Part shown: one piece after another, positions 51,901 to 64,000 of the stretch
Position numbering within the stretch: position 1 is the stretch's first letter
How the letters are laid out: the number at the start of each line of letters is the position of its first letter
NCBI RefSeq assembly: GCF_009914755.1
Contig: NC_060926.1
Length of the DNA: 64,000 nucleotides
Source of the DNA: the human T2T-CHM13v2.0 reference genome, Homo sapiens
Reading direction: 5' to 3' (one strand)
Program-made: the position numbers and the translations under genes
Notes under the pieces: generated by a model
Seen by the model: only the letters and a program-made list of their open reading frames with translations
Told to the model about the DNA's origin: nothing
Database searches by the model: none

Positions 51901-54065
51901 TTTCCTTTCTTTTCAAAGCCCATGAAAGCTTGTGGGTAATAGCAATTATTTCTATTTGTCAAATACTTGTATCCAGAAGTGGATTTATAATCCCACGAAA
52001 ATTCTGTAATTTACTGAACCACTGAGCAGGTCCATGCTACTCCCCCTCCCCAGCCCCATAGGATGTAATTCATTTCAACAGAGGATTGGAGACAATGATG
52101 TAAATGAAGCAGTCCTCACAAGGCAGAAGGGGAAAAGTGTCAGGGGAACATACTTCTTAATTCCCATAAGAAATACCCCAATTACTGGACAGAGTGCCAA
52201 ATTTCAGAACATAAATGAATCCCATTCTTATTACCGAGTGGAGAAGATGCTAGGGCAAGAATAGTGGCTTAGAGTTAGAAGGAGACATACACCTACAATT
52301 GCTAAAGCAATTTCTGCAAGAAAAATTTAAATAAATATGGGAAACATTATGGATCAAATCCAAGGAAGGTCTTAAATATATAGTGCTCAAGAAAAGTGCA
52401 TGAATGTTTCCATACCTCAAATATGGTATTTTAAAAGAGCTTGCCTTTAAAATACAATGGATGTGTCATGATCTAACAGTTGTCCGCTTTTCCAGCACAT
52501 CCGACTAACTAGAATTCTTGGGAGATCCCATGCCACAATTCATTTTCCAATTTCTAACAAAGACAATGCACTTCACATTTTTACTTTTGCATTCCAGCAC
52601 TTACTTGCATGGTGGTTTATGGTTGGTTTGTGTGTGTTTCTTTTTTAGAAATGTTAGAATGGGAAAAATGAGGTAATTCTTCAACTGACTCAGTCTTTAA
52701 TGATTTTAATGAGTTCCAGTGTTTATGCTTGAGCTAACAGGTGCCTTATTTTTTTCCTTGGCTATTCTTTCTTCCCTTGTCCTCCTATTCCGGGCAATCC
52801 ATGCAACACTCCAGCTGTAAATTATTCTGATGGTATGAATAAGCTTTGACCTGAAATCAGGTTAGTAACTAACTGAAATCTAACTTACATTTCCATAAAT
52901 TTGCTGTTTTGAAAATGATTAGCATGACTTTGAAAAATCTGTTAGCTGAATCTTCAAAGACTACTATAATCTTCACAAAATCATTTTATGTAATATGTCT
53001 TCCATCACTGTATTCTATACATACAACATCCTCTTTCTATAGCACTGAACTCCCAAATTGTTTCCACTAGTGGAAAAATGCAGTTAATATTGGATTCATT
53101 TGTTGTCAGTCACCTTTATAAAATATACACACATTCAAATGCACATGGACACAGGCTCCGCGTTTTAAATTCCGCATTTTCTCAAAAATTTAAACATATA
53201 TGCCAAAGATTATGCAAAATATGATCTCCCTATAGAACATTTTCTTTTTGTTAGGCAGTGTAAAAATAATAGAATGTATCACTGTTCTTGGAGCTTTGTG
53301 GATTCCTAGACTTTGTAATTCTTCATGAATGCAGAGTTATTTTTCCAAGATGCTAGAAGATTCCCCAGGCCATTTTAATAGTTCTATTATTAAATATATA
53401 ATAAACATGATTACTTATTTATTGTATAATGGATGTATAATAAATAAACGTCAGAAAATTTCAAAACTTCTAAATGGGTTATTGAGCTATCAAAGTCTGC
53501 AGCTTTTCACTATCAGACAAGTGAGGGTAGGAAAATGGGCCATCACACGATCTAAGGTGAAGGCTAAGGGCAGACGGTATATTAGTAAGCTAGAAGAGGG
53601 GAATATCTTCCCAGGTGGACTGATAAGATCAGTGTGGCAGAGCTGTGGGAACCCAAGGCCCTCTGTTACTCAAGGCTGTGTGTGCAGTGCTGAGAGGTCA
53701 GCCATGGAGGAAGCAACATGGTCCTGCATTTCGATCTAAGCCTACAATCTAACCATTGTCAGCTCACCCCATTTGTTTCACGTAAAAGCAATGCTCAGAG
53801 ACATCTGCAGAGGGACCTAACTTCTCAAACTTGCCACTTTGGATTGAAACCGTATATGATATGCATTCCCCCTATCTACGTCACATGCATATACATAGCA
53901 CAGTAACAAGGCAATCCTCTGTGTTGTGTTCTCAATTCCTTCTCCACAGTTTTTTTTACTTCATGATGACAATGCAAAGAGTGGACTGAGGACTAGGCTT
54001 ACCAGGTTCTAGGCCCAGATCTGCCCCTTTCTAACTGTGTGATCTTAGTATGTCACTCAGCAGAT

Positions 54066-54364
54066 TTGTGTGTGGGTGTGTGTGAGAGGGAGTCTCACTC
54101 TGTCATCCAGGCTGGAGTACAGTGGTGCGATCCCAGCTCACTGCAACCTCTGCCTCCTAGGTTCAACAGATTCTCCTGCTCAGCCTCCTGAGTATCTGGG
54201 ATTACAGGTGCCCACCACCGGGCATGGCTAATTTTTCTATTTTTAGTAGAGACAGGGTTTCACCATGTTGGCCAGGCTGGTCTGGAACTCCTGACCTCCA
54301 GTGATCTGCCCGCCTCGGCCTCCCACAGTGCTGGGACTACAGGCATAAGCCACCACACCTGACC
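54066..54364 (-). mobile_element. AluSx-like SINE inserted in a MIR, tail converted to (CA)n
   Basis: Antisense Alu body; near-TSD cagcagatt/caccagatt; MIR flanks (ctgtgtgatctt.. / tctgtaaaaatgag). Confidence 0.93.
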
Positions 54365-57300
54365 CACCAGATTCCTCATGGACTGGTTCCTTGTCTGTAA
54401 AAATGAGATGATTTATTAGATGCTATCTATACTTCCTTCACTTCTTCAAACGTCAGTGGTTTCTTTTTTATTGGTAGTTTTCTGTCTTCCTGCCTTTTGC
54501 CTGTGTCCATTTTTCCATTTTCATTTTATGAATTTTTAATCCTCCACCTCAGTGAACAGCCTTTCCTTCCACACCAACAGGTCCTCTGTCCTGAAAGAAT
54601 ATCACAGCTCTATATTGGAGCTCCCACAGCTCTTGGTGCACTGCATTTTGATTGCTGTGCTGCATAAACTGTCAATTTCTTTCCAAAAAGACATCCTCTA
54701 TCTTGTTTACCCTTATGTCCCCAACTTCCTGGCACTTTGTGAATATTCAGTGAATATATTTTAAATACTTGACCTTCCTAACCTTTTCTTGGAAGGACCC
54801 TTCAGGTAAAGGAGATGGTCAAGAGGAGTTGCATTTGCTTTTCTGGCCAACTCTCTTTACAAGGAGCCAGCCTCCTGTTCAGTCTCTTCTGAGGTGACTT
54901 TTCTATCCTGTGGATCTTCACTGGTGACTGTAACTACTAACCAGTTTGCATTTATTCACTCACAAATGCAGGGACACACATATAACCGTGTTAGGCATCA
55001 CAGAGCATATCCCATAAGTGATAAAGTCACAAATATGTTACCCCCATAACAAGTTAATAATCTTCCAGCATGCCAGAATGTCAGTTTAGCCACAGAAACA
55101 GCCCTATATATTCTTCTACAATCTCTAGTTTCTTTTCTACCCTTTCTTCCCTATCACACAACTCCTAATGTAGTTTGGGGCATCAAATATAGTTCAATAC
55201 ATTTTTATGCCAAAAGTTTCTTCGGAATTGAACCAGATACGCCTGATCTAAACTTATACCTTCAAAAGTCTTTATGTTGTTCTCTGTGAGATACACAGTT
55301 ACTCAAATAATCCTCCCAGGCTTAACTTATCAACAGTTTGATAAATTAGCTTAGACTGTGGATATCCTCACTGCAGCACACCTCTGCAGATTCACACAAA
55401 CAAAGGCCAATTTGGAAGCACTAAGTGAAGAGATTCTCTCCTGTTTCATTTTCTCCATTCTCCTCCTAAAACCACAGGAAATTTTGGCACTTTGGACATT
55501 CCTTTTACACAAGGGACACAGTAAAACATAATTCAACTGCTTGAATCTGGGTGAAGGGAGACAGCAATTAGGACAGCTTTGGAAAAATAAGAGAGTAACA
55601 AGTAGGTGGCCCAACTGTGGGAATTGAAACTACAATAACAGCTTCTAATGAACAAGTTTCTACACAGAGAAGCATGCCTTCACACACACAACAGTGGTAA
55701 AACAGCACGAAAGACCTGTATTTCGAAGGGGCACCAGTTAGATATTTAAAACTCACGAGTATGGTCAAGATTTAGTCATACAAATTTATTATCCCTTGCA
55801 CTTGACTAATTCTGTTATGCTGAAAGATAGAGCATTTGAGCACATTTCAACTTAAGTATTGAATCCAAAGACACTGAAATAGAAAAAAAATATAGCCATA
55901 AGAACCATAGAAAAATGGAACAAAAGAAAGATAAGAGAAAAAAACAAAATTTTCTCGGTAACTGTAACTACATAGGAATGAAAAAAGTTGTAACTATACA
56001 GCGTTTTAAACAGTAGTCAATGATTATATGTAAATATTGTTTTTGACATTACAAATATACCAATTCAAGACAGACCTGTAAAGTGCTGCTTTTTCTGTAG
56101 TCATTTACATTTTGAGACAATGAGACAAGAATACAAGGTCCTTTTCTCAGAACAAATTTCCCTGCAATAGTCACATCGGTACAGCTTCTGGTATTCATGT
56201 AAAAGAACCTATTAGTTGACTAAAATACCCCTGTAAGTTCCCAATCATATTTTGTTACTAGGGTATATTCTAATTTTTTTCCTACGGGAAAAAACAAATC
56301 TGTACATTCAGGCTTCAGGAATATAGTTGGAGTAAAGAGAAAAATCAGGATTTCTGCCCTGCATTATGGCCAAAAGATAATGGATTCTTAGGCTCTTTGT
56401 CAAAAACTTCCTACTTTACAATTGTCCAGAGCAAGCTTCTGGACAGAAATAAATTTGAACCCCCAAAGATTCTTAAATTCACAAATAATCAGAAACATTC
56501 ACACATAACACCACATCAGAGCTTCCATTTATCAAGAGCAGGTATGCAGTCATTCCTTGAGAATACTCTAATTCTTACAGCCCAAACTGCATCTACTGTA
56601 TAGCTTGCTGAATAGAAAAAGTGTTGGAGGTGGTGGCATATAATGAGGCTGGAGAGTGGAAAGGAATAAGAGCAATAGCATGCTCAAGGTTTTGGAGTTG
56701 ATTACAGTAGAAATCATCTTGCTCAAAATATAGTGGGATTTATGCATTCCAGTGCCACATCATCCACCATTATCCATCTAAAACACAGAAAAGGCAGTGA
56801 GAATGTAGTCATTCATGTGTGGTCCCCTTGATCCTGCTTTGCCTTCAATTTCATTACTGTCTGCCAACCAACCAATTAATCTGAAAACTTATCAGTGGTG
56901 CTACTGCATATCTGGCATCCCTGCCCCAACAAAACTGGAGTTCTGTGAGCGAGTTTAAAATAACCTAGTGAATAGGAGCAACCACGGACTAAGAGTGAGA
57001 AGGGAAAAAAAGGGGGAGGGGAGAAGGAATACAGGGAAAAAAGGGGGCAACTTCTGGAAGCAAATACTAAAGAAAACATGAAATAAAAACTTTATGTTTT
57101 AACTTTTTAATAAATCATGGGGCAAGGGATAGAACACATGACTCTTTGAAGTTTTAGACAATAAATCTTGGAAATGGGTTGTTCGATTATTATAGTACCC
57201 CTCCGAGGGCAATGAAAGGATGTAATGAAAAAAATCAGGCCATCAGAACAATAAATTATCCTGACTTACCAGAAATACCAGCAAAATCTTTCAATATGAC

Positions 57301-57569
57301 CTGTTACTGGCCAAATTAGGAGGAAAATAACATCCAGCGCTAGGGATCACATTGAAAATAATTTCATTTGATTTTCATTAAAAGCTTTCCAGATAGTGAC
57401 TGGTAAAAGAAGCCCATATATTCTATCTATAGTTTAATGTATATGAGTACTACAGGAAAGAAGAAAACTTTAGAGATAATCTATTTGCAAATATTTCCGG
57501 GGAAAAACAAAATTGTGAGATTTTCCTATGATGAAAATATAGTAATTATAATTATTTTTAAAATGTATT

Positions 57570-57705
57570 CTTTTATTTTTTAAAAATTAGAAAAAATGTT
57601 TTACATGTATAACATGATATTTTGAAGTATATGTACACTATAGTTAAATCCAGCTAATTAACGTATGCATTACTTCACAGTTATCATTTTTTGTGGTGAC
57701 ATGCT
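57570..57705 (-). mobile_element. L1MA-like 3' end fragment
   Basis: tataacatgatattttgaagtatatgtacac..gctaattaacgtatgcattac..cacagttatcattttttgtggtga. Confidence 0.7.
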
Positions 57706-59904
57706 ATTTAAACATATCTTCCCACTCTGTGAGCTCACCTATAAGTTATCTTCAAAATCTGATAATACATTGCATGTCATTTTCTTATTAAAAAAGCATT
57801 TTCACATACCTTATCTTGTGATACTTACCATAGCACTTTGAGAATTATTTTTGCCATTTATCAGAAAAGAAAACTAAGTTCAGGAGTATATAACTAAATT
57901 AGCCATGCACATAATACCAGCAAATGGGATTCAAAATGGGATTTTTTGACCCCAAGAATGTGCCCTTTCTATAGTACTGCAATACAGCTGCAGGCTTGAT
58001 AAATGATTTTGAAAAATAATTAAGTTTTTTTAGATTGGATTTGATTTTGGGGCCAGCCTAAAGTTGTATGGCACTAAGACTTTCATACGAAATAAATGAT
58101 TAGGTAAGATAATGCCATTAGGAACTTTGAAAAACAGGTATTATCTATGGCTCTGAAGATAATTTCAAAGGGCATTTTAAGAAGAGTTTTGAACACTAAT
58201 AGTTACTATTCAAATCTACGCACATTTCAAAGGTAACTGATTTAAAGTTAATAATAGCTAGCATAACACTTTGCACACAGCATACACTCAGCAAATATTA
58301 GCAAAAACCCTTAAAGTACTTCCATATATAAGCACTGGTAAGGTTTTCTAACAACCAGTCTCATCAGAAAATTACACATGCCCATTAGGAATGTAAATTC
58401 AGGCAGATTCTCTTAAAATAGCTTTGTGAAAGTTATTATAAGCCTTACCATGTCTATAAATTTTGGTCTATTTATTCCAATTTGAGAATTTAGCCTAAAG
58501 AACTAATCTAAAATGTGAGCCATGATTTTTTTGCTTTCTCAAAAATGTTTACTATGATATTATTTATGTATAAACGTTGTCTTTAAAAAAACCTGAAAAA
58601 ACAAAAACAATGTCAAAACAAAAACAAACAATAGGGGCCTCATTAAATAAATTGTATTCATTTAATGAAATAATACTTAGATATTAAGACTTTAAAGAAT
58701 TTTATTCATATAATGAAAACTTCTAACGCAAACCTTCACAAAAAAGCAAGAGTAAAACAAAGATTATACCTGTACACACTAAAATGTAAAAAGTAGCCAT
58801 CTCTGGTTTGTGAAATTACAATTTTCTCCTTGTCTTTTAAAAATTTCTTATATTGGGTATCCTGTTTTTATACAGACATCTAAGTTATTTTATAATCAAT
58901 AACTCAACAGTCAAAATTGAATTTTTAGCATGTGTCAGGCATAGTTCTAACCTTTTTGTACATACTATATAATTTACTTTTCATAAATACCATTGATATA
59001 GAAAAATTTACTTTGTTTTTATACGTGGAAACAGGCAGAGAGATATTAAATAACTAGCCCAATATTACTTTCCAAATAAATATTTGACCTGGGTCTTGAA
59101 CCAAATGGTCTGATTCCAGAACTCATGTTCTTCATGGCGTTGCTATACTCTTCATGTTACACAGGCTGCTTAGCGATATGTCAGAATATATTAATGTCAA
59201 GGAGAAAGTGATCTCATGCAACTGCGACCATGTCTATAAAATGTTATAACCTTTTTGGTGAGATGGACTGATGGTGTATTAAGTGTACTTAGCTTACCTC
59301 ACATATAACTAGTTTTCATGAATGTGTTACTTCTCCTTCCCGAGAATACAAAAGCTGTTTTACATAGAGGGATATTACATCTATTTTGTAATCATATATT
59401 TACAACCATTTATGGTATATTAGGCACTGGATTAAAAGCTGGAAATAACTAGCAAGTTATAGCATTCATTGCCATAAATTTAACACTACCTTGGAGTGGG
59501 CATACGGTTTTAACTGAAACAGATTCTTGACCATGGGAATGGAGGCACTACCTTAAGAGCAAAGAGATTCAGATTGTTTCCTTGCTAGAACATGCTTCTG
59601 AGGCACTACTGACTGTATAGATCAAAGACAGCACAGGTAATGTTATTGACTTCAGAAATTCCTGCTATATTCACTGGCTAATATTATGTCCACAAAACCA
59701 CAGCTGCTAAAATTGCAAAGGCATGAGTCAGTCATGACAATAATTTAGAGTATTATCATGATAAGCTCAACTAGGAAGACACCAACCTCATTTTACTATG
59801 GATGAAAACTATTGATGGATATTTTTGGTATTATTGATTCCATCTAAATATCCTCTGAAATGCTAGAGTGTAATCTAGGTATTTTTTCTGGTTATCATTG
59901 CTGA

Positions 59905-60477
59905 TTTTTTTTTATTATACTTTAAGTTTTAGGGTACATGTGCACAACGTGCAGGTTTGTTACATATGTATACATGTGCCATGTTGGTGTGCTGCACCCA
60001 TTAACTTGTCATTTAGCATCAGGTATATCACCTAATGCTACCCCTCCTCCCTCTCACCTCACACCAGTTAGAATGGCGATCATTAAAAAGTCAGGAAACA
60101 ACAGGTGCTGGAGAGGATGTGGAGAAATAGGAACATTTTTACACTGTTGGTGGGACTGTAAACTAGTTCAACCATTGTGGAAGTCGGTGTGGCGATTCCT
60201 CAGGGATCTAGAACTAGAAATACCATTTGGCCCAGCCATCCCATTACTGGGTATATACCCAAAGGTTTATAAATCATGCTGCTATAAAGACACATGCACA
60301 CATATGTTTATTGCGGCACTATTCACAATAGCAAAGACTTGGAACTAACCCAAATGTCCAACAATGATAGACTGGATTAAAAAAATGTGGCACATATACA
60401 CCATGGAATACTATGCAGCCATAAAAAAATGATGAGTTCATGTCCTTTGTAGGGACATGGATGAAGCTGGAAACCAT
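59905..60477 (-). mobile_element. L1PA (about L1PA3/4) with 5' inversion (twin priming)
   Basis: 59905-60053 antisense 3' end; ~60054-60477 sense ORF2 C-terminal coding segment; perfect TSD cattgctgattttt (59896-59909 / 60475-60488) at a TTTT/AA site. Confidence 0.96.
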
Positions 60478-61289
60478 TGCTGATTTTTAAAATGATCTAT
60501 TTAAGAATCTTTATAAGCAGAGCCCTTTTTTCTTAATAAAGGAGGAATTCAGAAGTTAATAACATTGGTCTGCTTTACATCCTATACTTGTTTTCCCTCC
60601 AAATTATATGAAAGTCTTATTTCAAATGCAAGTGAAAACATTCATGTCCTGTAGCTTGAGACCTTACTACATATAATATCACTGCACAGCATGATACAAA
60701 TTAACGTCTTTAAGAGGGAGCTCAAAGGCATACAGAAGTATAAGACATGCCAAGAAGTTTCATTTAAATTTCCTTTGTTCATAAGGCAAATTTTTATATT
60801 TACTAATCCTTGGATAAATATAACATAAATACATAGAAAAAGAAGCATTATGTTTTCTTAAACTATAGGTTGACCCATTGCAAGCACATGATGATGCGTC
60901 TCACTAGGTGTGCATGTAGTAAAACAGATTGATTTGCCAACCAACAGTTAAGAAAATTAATTTGTTGAGCATCATATTTTATACTAATTAAAAAAGAAAA
61001 TTTGTAAGAATTATGTAAGAGAATAACCTAACATTAAATGGCACCATAATGGCATGAACAATTTAGAAACAGAAAGTCAATACCTTGGTTTCTCTAATAT
61101 AAATGTGTTGCTCATGCTCTTCAAGCATTTTATGAAATGAAACATGAATCAAAGTCATTACAGAGCTAATGAGTGAAATTGTATTATTTGCTGTCTCTCA
61201 TTTTCAGTGTTGATTTTGTTGGAAAACAGTATCTTAAGACCAAAACTCTGGGAACTGTTGAGATTCTGGCCACAAAGACAGCTAGACCG

Positions 61290-61460
61290 TGGGGAAGCAA
61301 ACATCTGTACACATCTGCAGCCATATATGAGGTCCCTCATGAGACTTAGCAACAAGGTGTGTTTTAATGTGACAGTGTGTCTGATGTGTCCCCAGCACAT
61401 TGGGACCAGTACACAGTGTTATTTGTACATCTGCTGAGTAACATTGAGTGTGTGGGTAAC
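61290..61460. promoter_or_regulatory. Candidate bHLH E-box enhancer
   Basis: CATCTG at 61302, 61312 and 61428; RFX-like cttagcaac at 61345; function inferred only. Confidence 0.25.
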
Positions 61461-62703
61461 TAAAGCCCTCAGTAATTATTTTACTTAATGTTTTCAAGCT
61501 TAATTCTGATCTTGTACTTGCATGATTTATTATTCCTTGTGCTAAATTCTTCAATGTTCTTGCCTTGATTGATCTTTCATTATCTATCACTTAACTAAAA
61601 TATTAAATTCTTTAATTAAGTCATGTTTAAATGAGGACTTGTTTTAGTCTCTTGGAGGTTTATTCATTGCTTAGGTACTTTTTCAATAACTCTTCTCTTG
61701 TTTAAAATCAATAAATATGATTAATTTGCCATACATTTATGATAGGTCAATATATTTATTATGGAAACATATAGCTAACTTGATTTGAATTAAATTGGTT
61801 TATGCCTACAGATCAATATTGTTCTACTCCTACAAAATCACCTTGAAAAAAATACTATTGGTTAAATAAAGAAGACAATGATGTATATTTATAAGACAAT
61901 AGGTATCAACCAGAGAAAACTCTTTGCAGTTGGCAATATTGGGAAAGAAGGCCACAGACAGATTTATGTCATCTAGATATCAAAGAGAATGAAATACATG
62001 GCTCAGAAATTTGTTGTAAAAGGGAATGGACTCGTATTTAAGGACAGGACTCTGAGGACTATTCATGGAATGCATGAAGAAGACTGATAAGGATAGCCTA
62101 TAAGGCACAGTATAGTAGTATAGTAGAAGTGCACCAACTATTTCTCCAGACTTGAACAACCAAGTCTAAGAGTAAGATAAGGTAAGACAAGGTCAGGAAG
62201 TCTCAGGGCTGGAGAGGTGGTGATGTTGCTGAATAATTGCTTTTTAAAGCTGGAGGGGACTTCCAAGAGTCTCTCATTTAAGAAGAAAAATTAAAGACAT
62301 AATTGGTAACGGTTTTGACTGCTGCAGAGGCAACACTTTGCTCACAATCCTACAGATCTACTTCACCTGTAACTACAATTTTCCTGAAGACATAGAAGAA
62401 AAATCAATTGTTCTAATCCATATGGAAAAAAAAAAAAAAGAAAACTGCCAATGTGGTTTGACTAGCAAACCACTGGAGTTGTGGCTTAAGCATAAAGGAT
62501 TACTTCTTCCATTGCCACTAATCTAATTACTTTCCCCTATCTGTCTCCATTCCAGCAGGCATGTTTAGTAGCCAAGCTGTATTACAAAAAAGGATAGGAT
62601 GTGGGTAGGTAAAGCAAACAAACGGCAACATCAAATGCAAAGTCTTTCATTTCAAAGGACTAATGCTCTCTTATTCCACTTGTCTCCAAAGAAAAGCAAT
62701 CTC

Positions 62704-62855
62704 AACCAGGTGTGGCCTGTTATCCCAGCACTTTGGGAGGCCGAGGTGGGTGGGTCACCTGAGGTCAGAGTTAGAGACCAGGGGTGGGTCACACCTGAGG
62801 TCCGGAGTTCAAGACCAGGGTGGCCAACATGGTGAAACCCCATCTCTACTAAAAG

Positions 62856-62910
<55 letters not shown>

Positions 62911-63072
62911 TAGCTGGGCGTGGTGGCAGGTGTCTATAATCCCAGCTACTTAGGAGGCTGAGGCAGGAGAATTGCTTGAACCCGGGAGGCGGAGCTGAGA
63001 TCACGCCACTGCACTTAAGCCTGGGTGACAGATTGAGCGAGGCTCTGTTTTAAAAAAAAAAAAAAAAAAAAA
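62704..63072 (+). mobile_element. Rearranged AluS (Sx-like) with internal duplication and central (AC)25
   Basis: TSD aaaagcaatctc/aaaagcaacctc; duplicated segment 62748-62781 / 62782-62818; (AC)25 at 62859-62908. Confidence 0.93.
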
Positions 63073-63796
63073 GCAACCTCTCCACTTTTCTGAGACAGCA
63101 AGCACAGAGATGTTCAAATTAGGTTGACTATGCCATACTTCTTAATTATGTATCTGCATAATTATTAATAGTGCCCTCTTTTACTCACAAAAGTGCTCTG
63201 ATTTGGACAATAAGTTATATTGTTATCCTAAATACATTGTGACAGGAAGGTCAACTTATATAAGACACTAAAACAAATTTGACAAAATTCATTTTAGTAG
63301 ATCATCCATTTAACATATATAATTCTACAAGTTCATAACTTATCAAGACTCACTAAGAAACAAAGATTTAAGCTATTTTTATATATTTGTTGTCTTTCAA
63401 AATGTTTCTTTTTGGCAAATAACTTTACTTTAAAAAGTAAGGCATAGACTAATTTAGAAAACAAAAAAATATCATTTCCTCACACTTTACTCTAAATCTT
63501 ATTCAGTGTTATGTCATTTTTTAAAAAAATTTTTGCTTTCTCTTAGGACAGCAAACATTTTTGAGATGGAAGAAAACCCATAGATTATTTACTTCAATGC
63601 CTTAATGTTACTATCAAGAACACTGAAGTTCAGAGAAATGAAATGACTCACCCAAAGCTGCTGGTCTGGTCTAGGTAGCGACCAACTAACCAGACCAGTA
63701 GCCTAATGAGCCAAGTTGGTTCTGGAACTCCTGACTCCTAAATACTTGTTTCCTTCTGCATTCCATTCTGTCTCCTGGATTATATTCTCTATTTTA

Positions 63797-63875
63797 TTAG
63801 GTTGGTGCAAAAGTAACTGCTGGTTTTAATTTAAAAGTAGTAACAAAACCAGCAACTACTTTTGCACCAACCTAA
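63797..63875. mobile_element. MADE1 (Hsmar1-derived MITE), palindromic
   Basis: ttaggttggtgcaaaagta...tacttttgcaccaacctaa flanked by a TA target duplication. Confidence 0.95.
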
Positions 63876-64000
63876 TAGAAGCCTCCTATCAGGAAGAACT
63901 TCATCAAAACCTAGCTTTGCCCTAAGCATCACATTTTCCCACTGGAAAAGGGTAGATAAAAAAGCAAAGGACCAAAAATAAAAATGATAATTTACCAACC

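Noticed and set aside
53329-53739. 136-aa ORF
   Set aside because: No recognisable homology, AT-rich codon usage, no exon signals.

Overview
AT-rich primate (very likely human) genomic DNA. The evidence is dimeric Alus (J and S types), FLAM monomers, L1PA fragments, a HERV-E LTR2 solo LTR, MER41, MER39, MLT1, MADE1, MER20, MER33, MER5 and many old MIR/L2/L3 fragments. I found no protein-coding exon, structural RNA gene or CpG-island promoter that I can recognise, and I cannot name the locus. The supplied ORFs are repeat-derived or chance ORFs. The window looks like a large intron or a developmental gene desert, with weak hints of a minus-strand host transcript. I cannot support a claim of a new biological system. 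The most interesting signals are: (1) a 29-bp insertion in a MER20 copied from a site about 2.5 kb away, with GAGCTT microhomology; (2) a twin-primed, 5'-inverted L1PA with a perfect 14-bp TSD whose inversion creates a chimeric 136-aa ORF carrying the ORF2p CCHC zinc knuckle; (3) a MADE1 (miR-548-type) hairpin with matching insertions in both arms; (4) a CpG-rich LTR2 with a hypoxia response element near a MER41 with one intact GAS site; (5) a nested inverted/direct repeat knot and several candidate conserved enhancers. Repeat family names come from my recollection of consensus sequences and should be confirmed with RepeatMasker/Dfam. Boundaries of old repeats are approximate.
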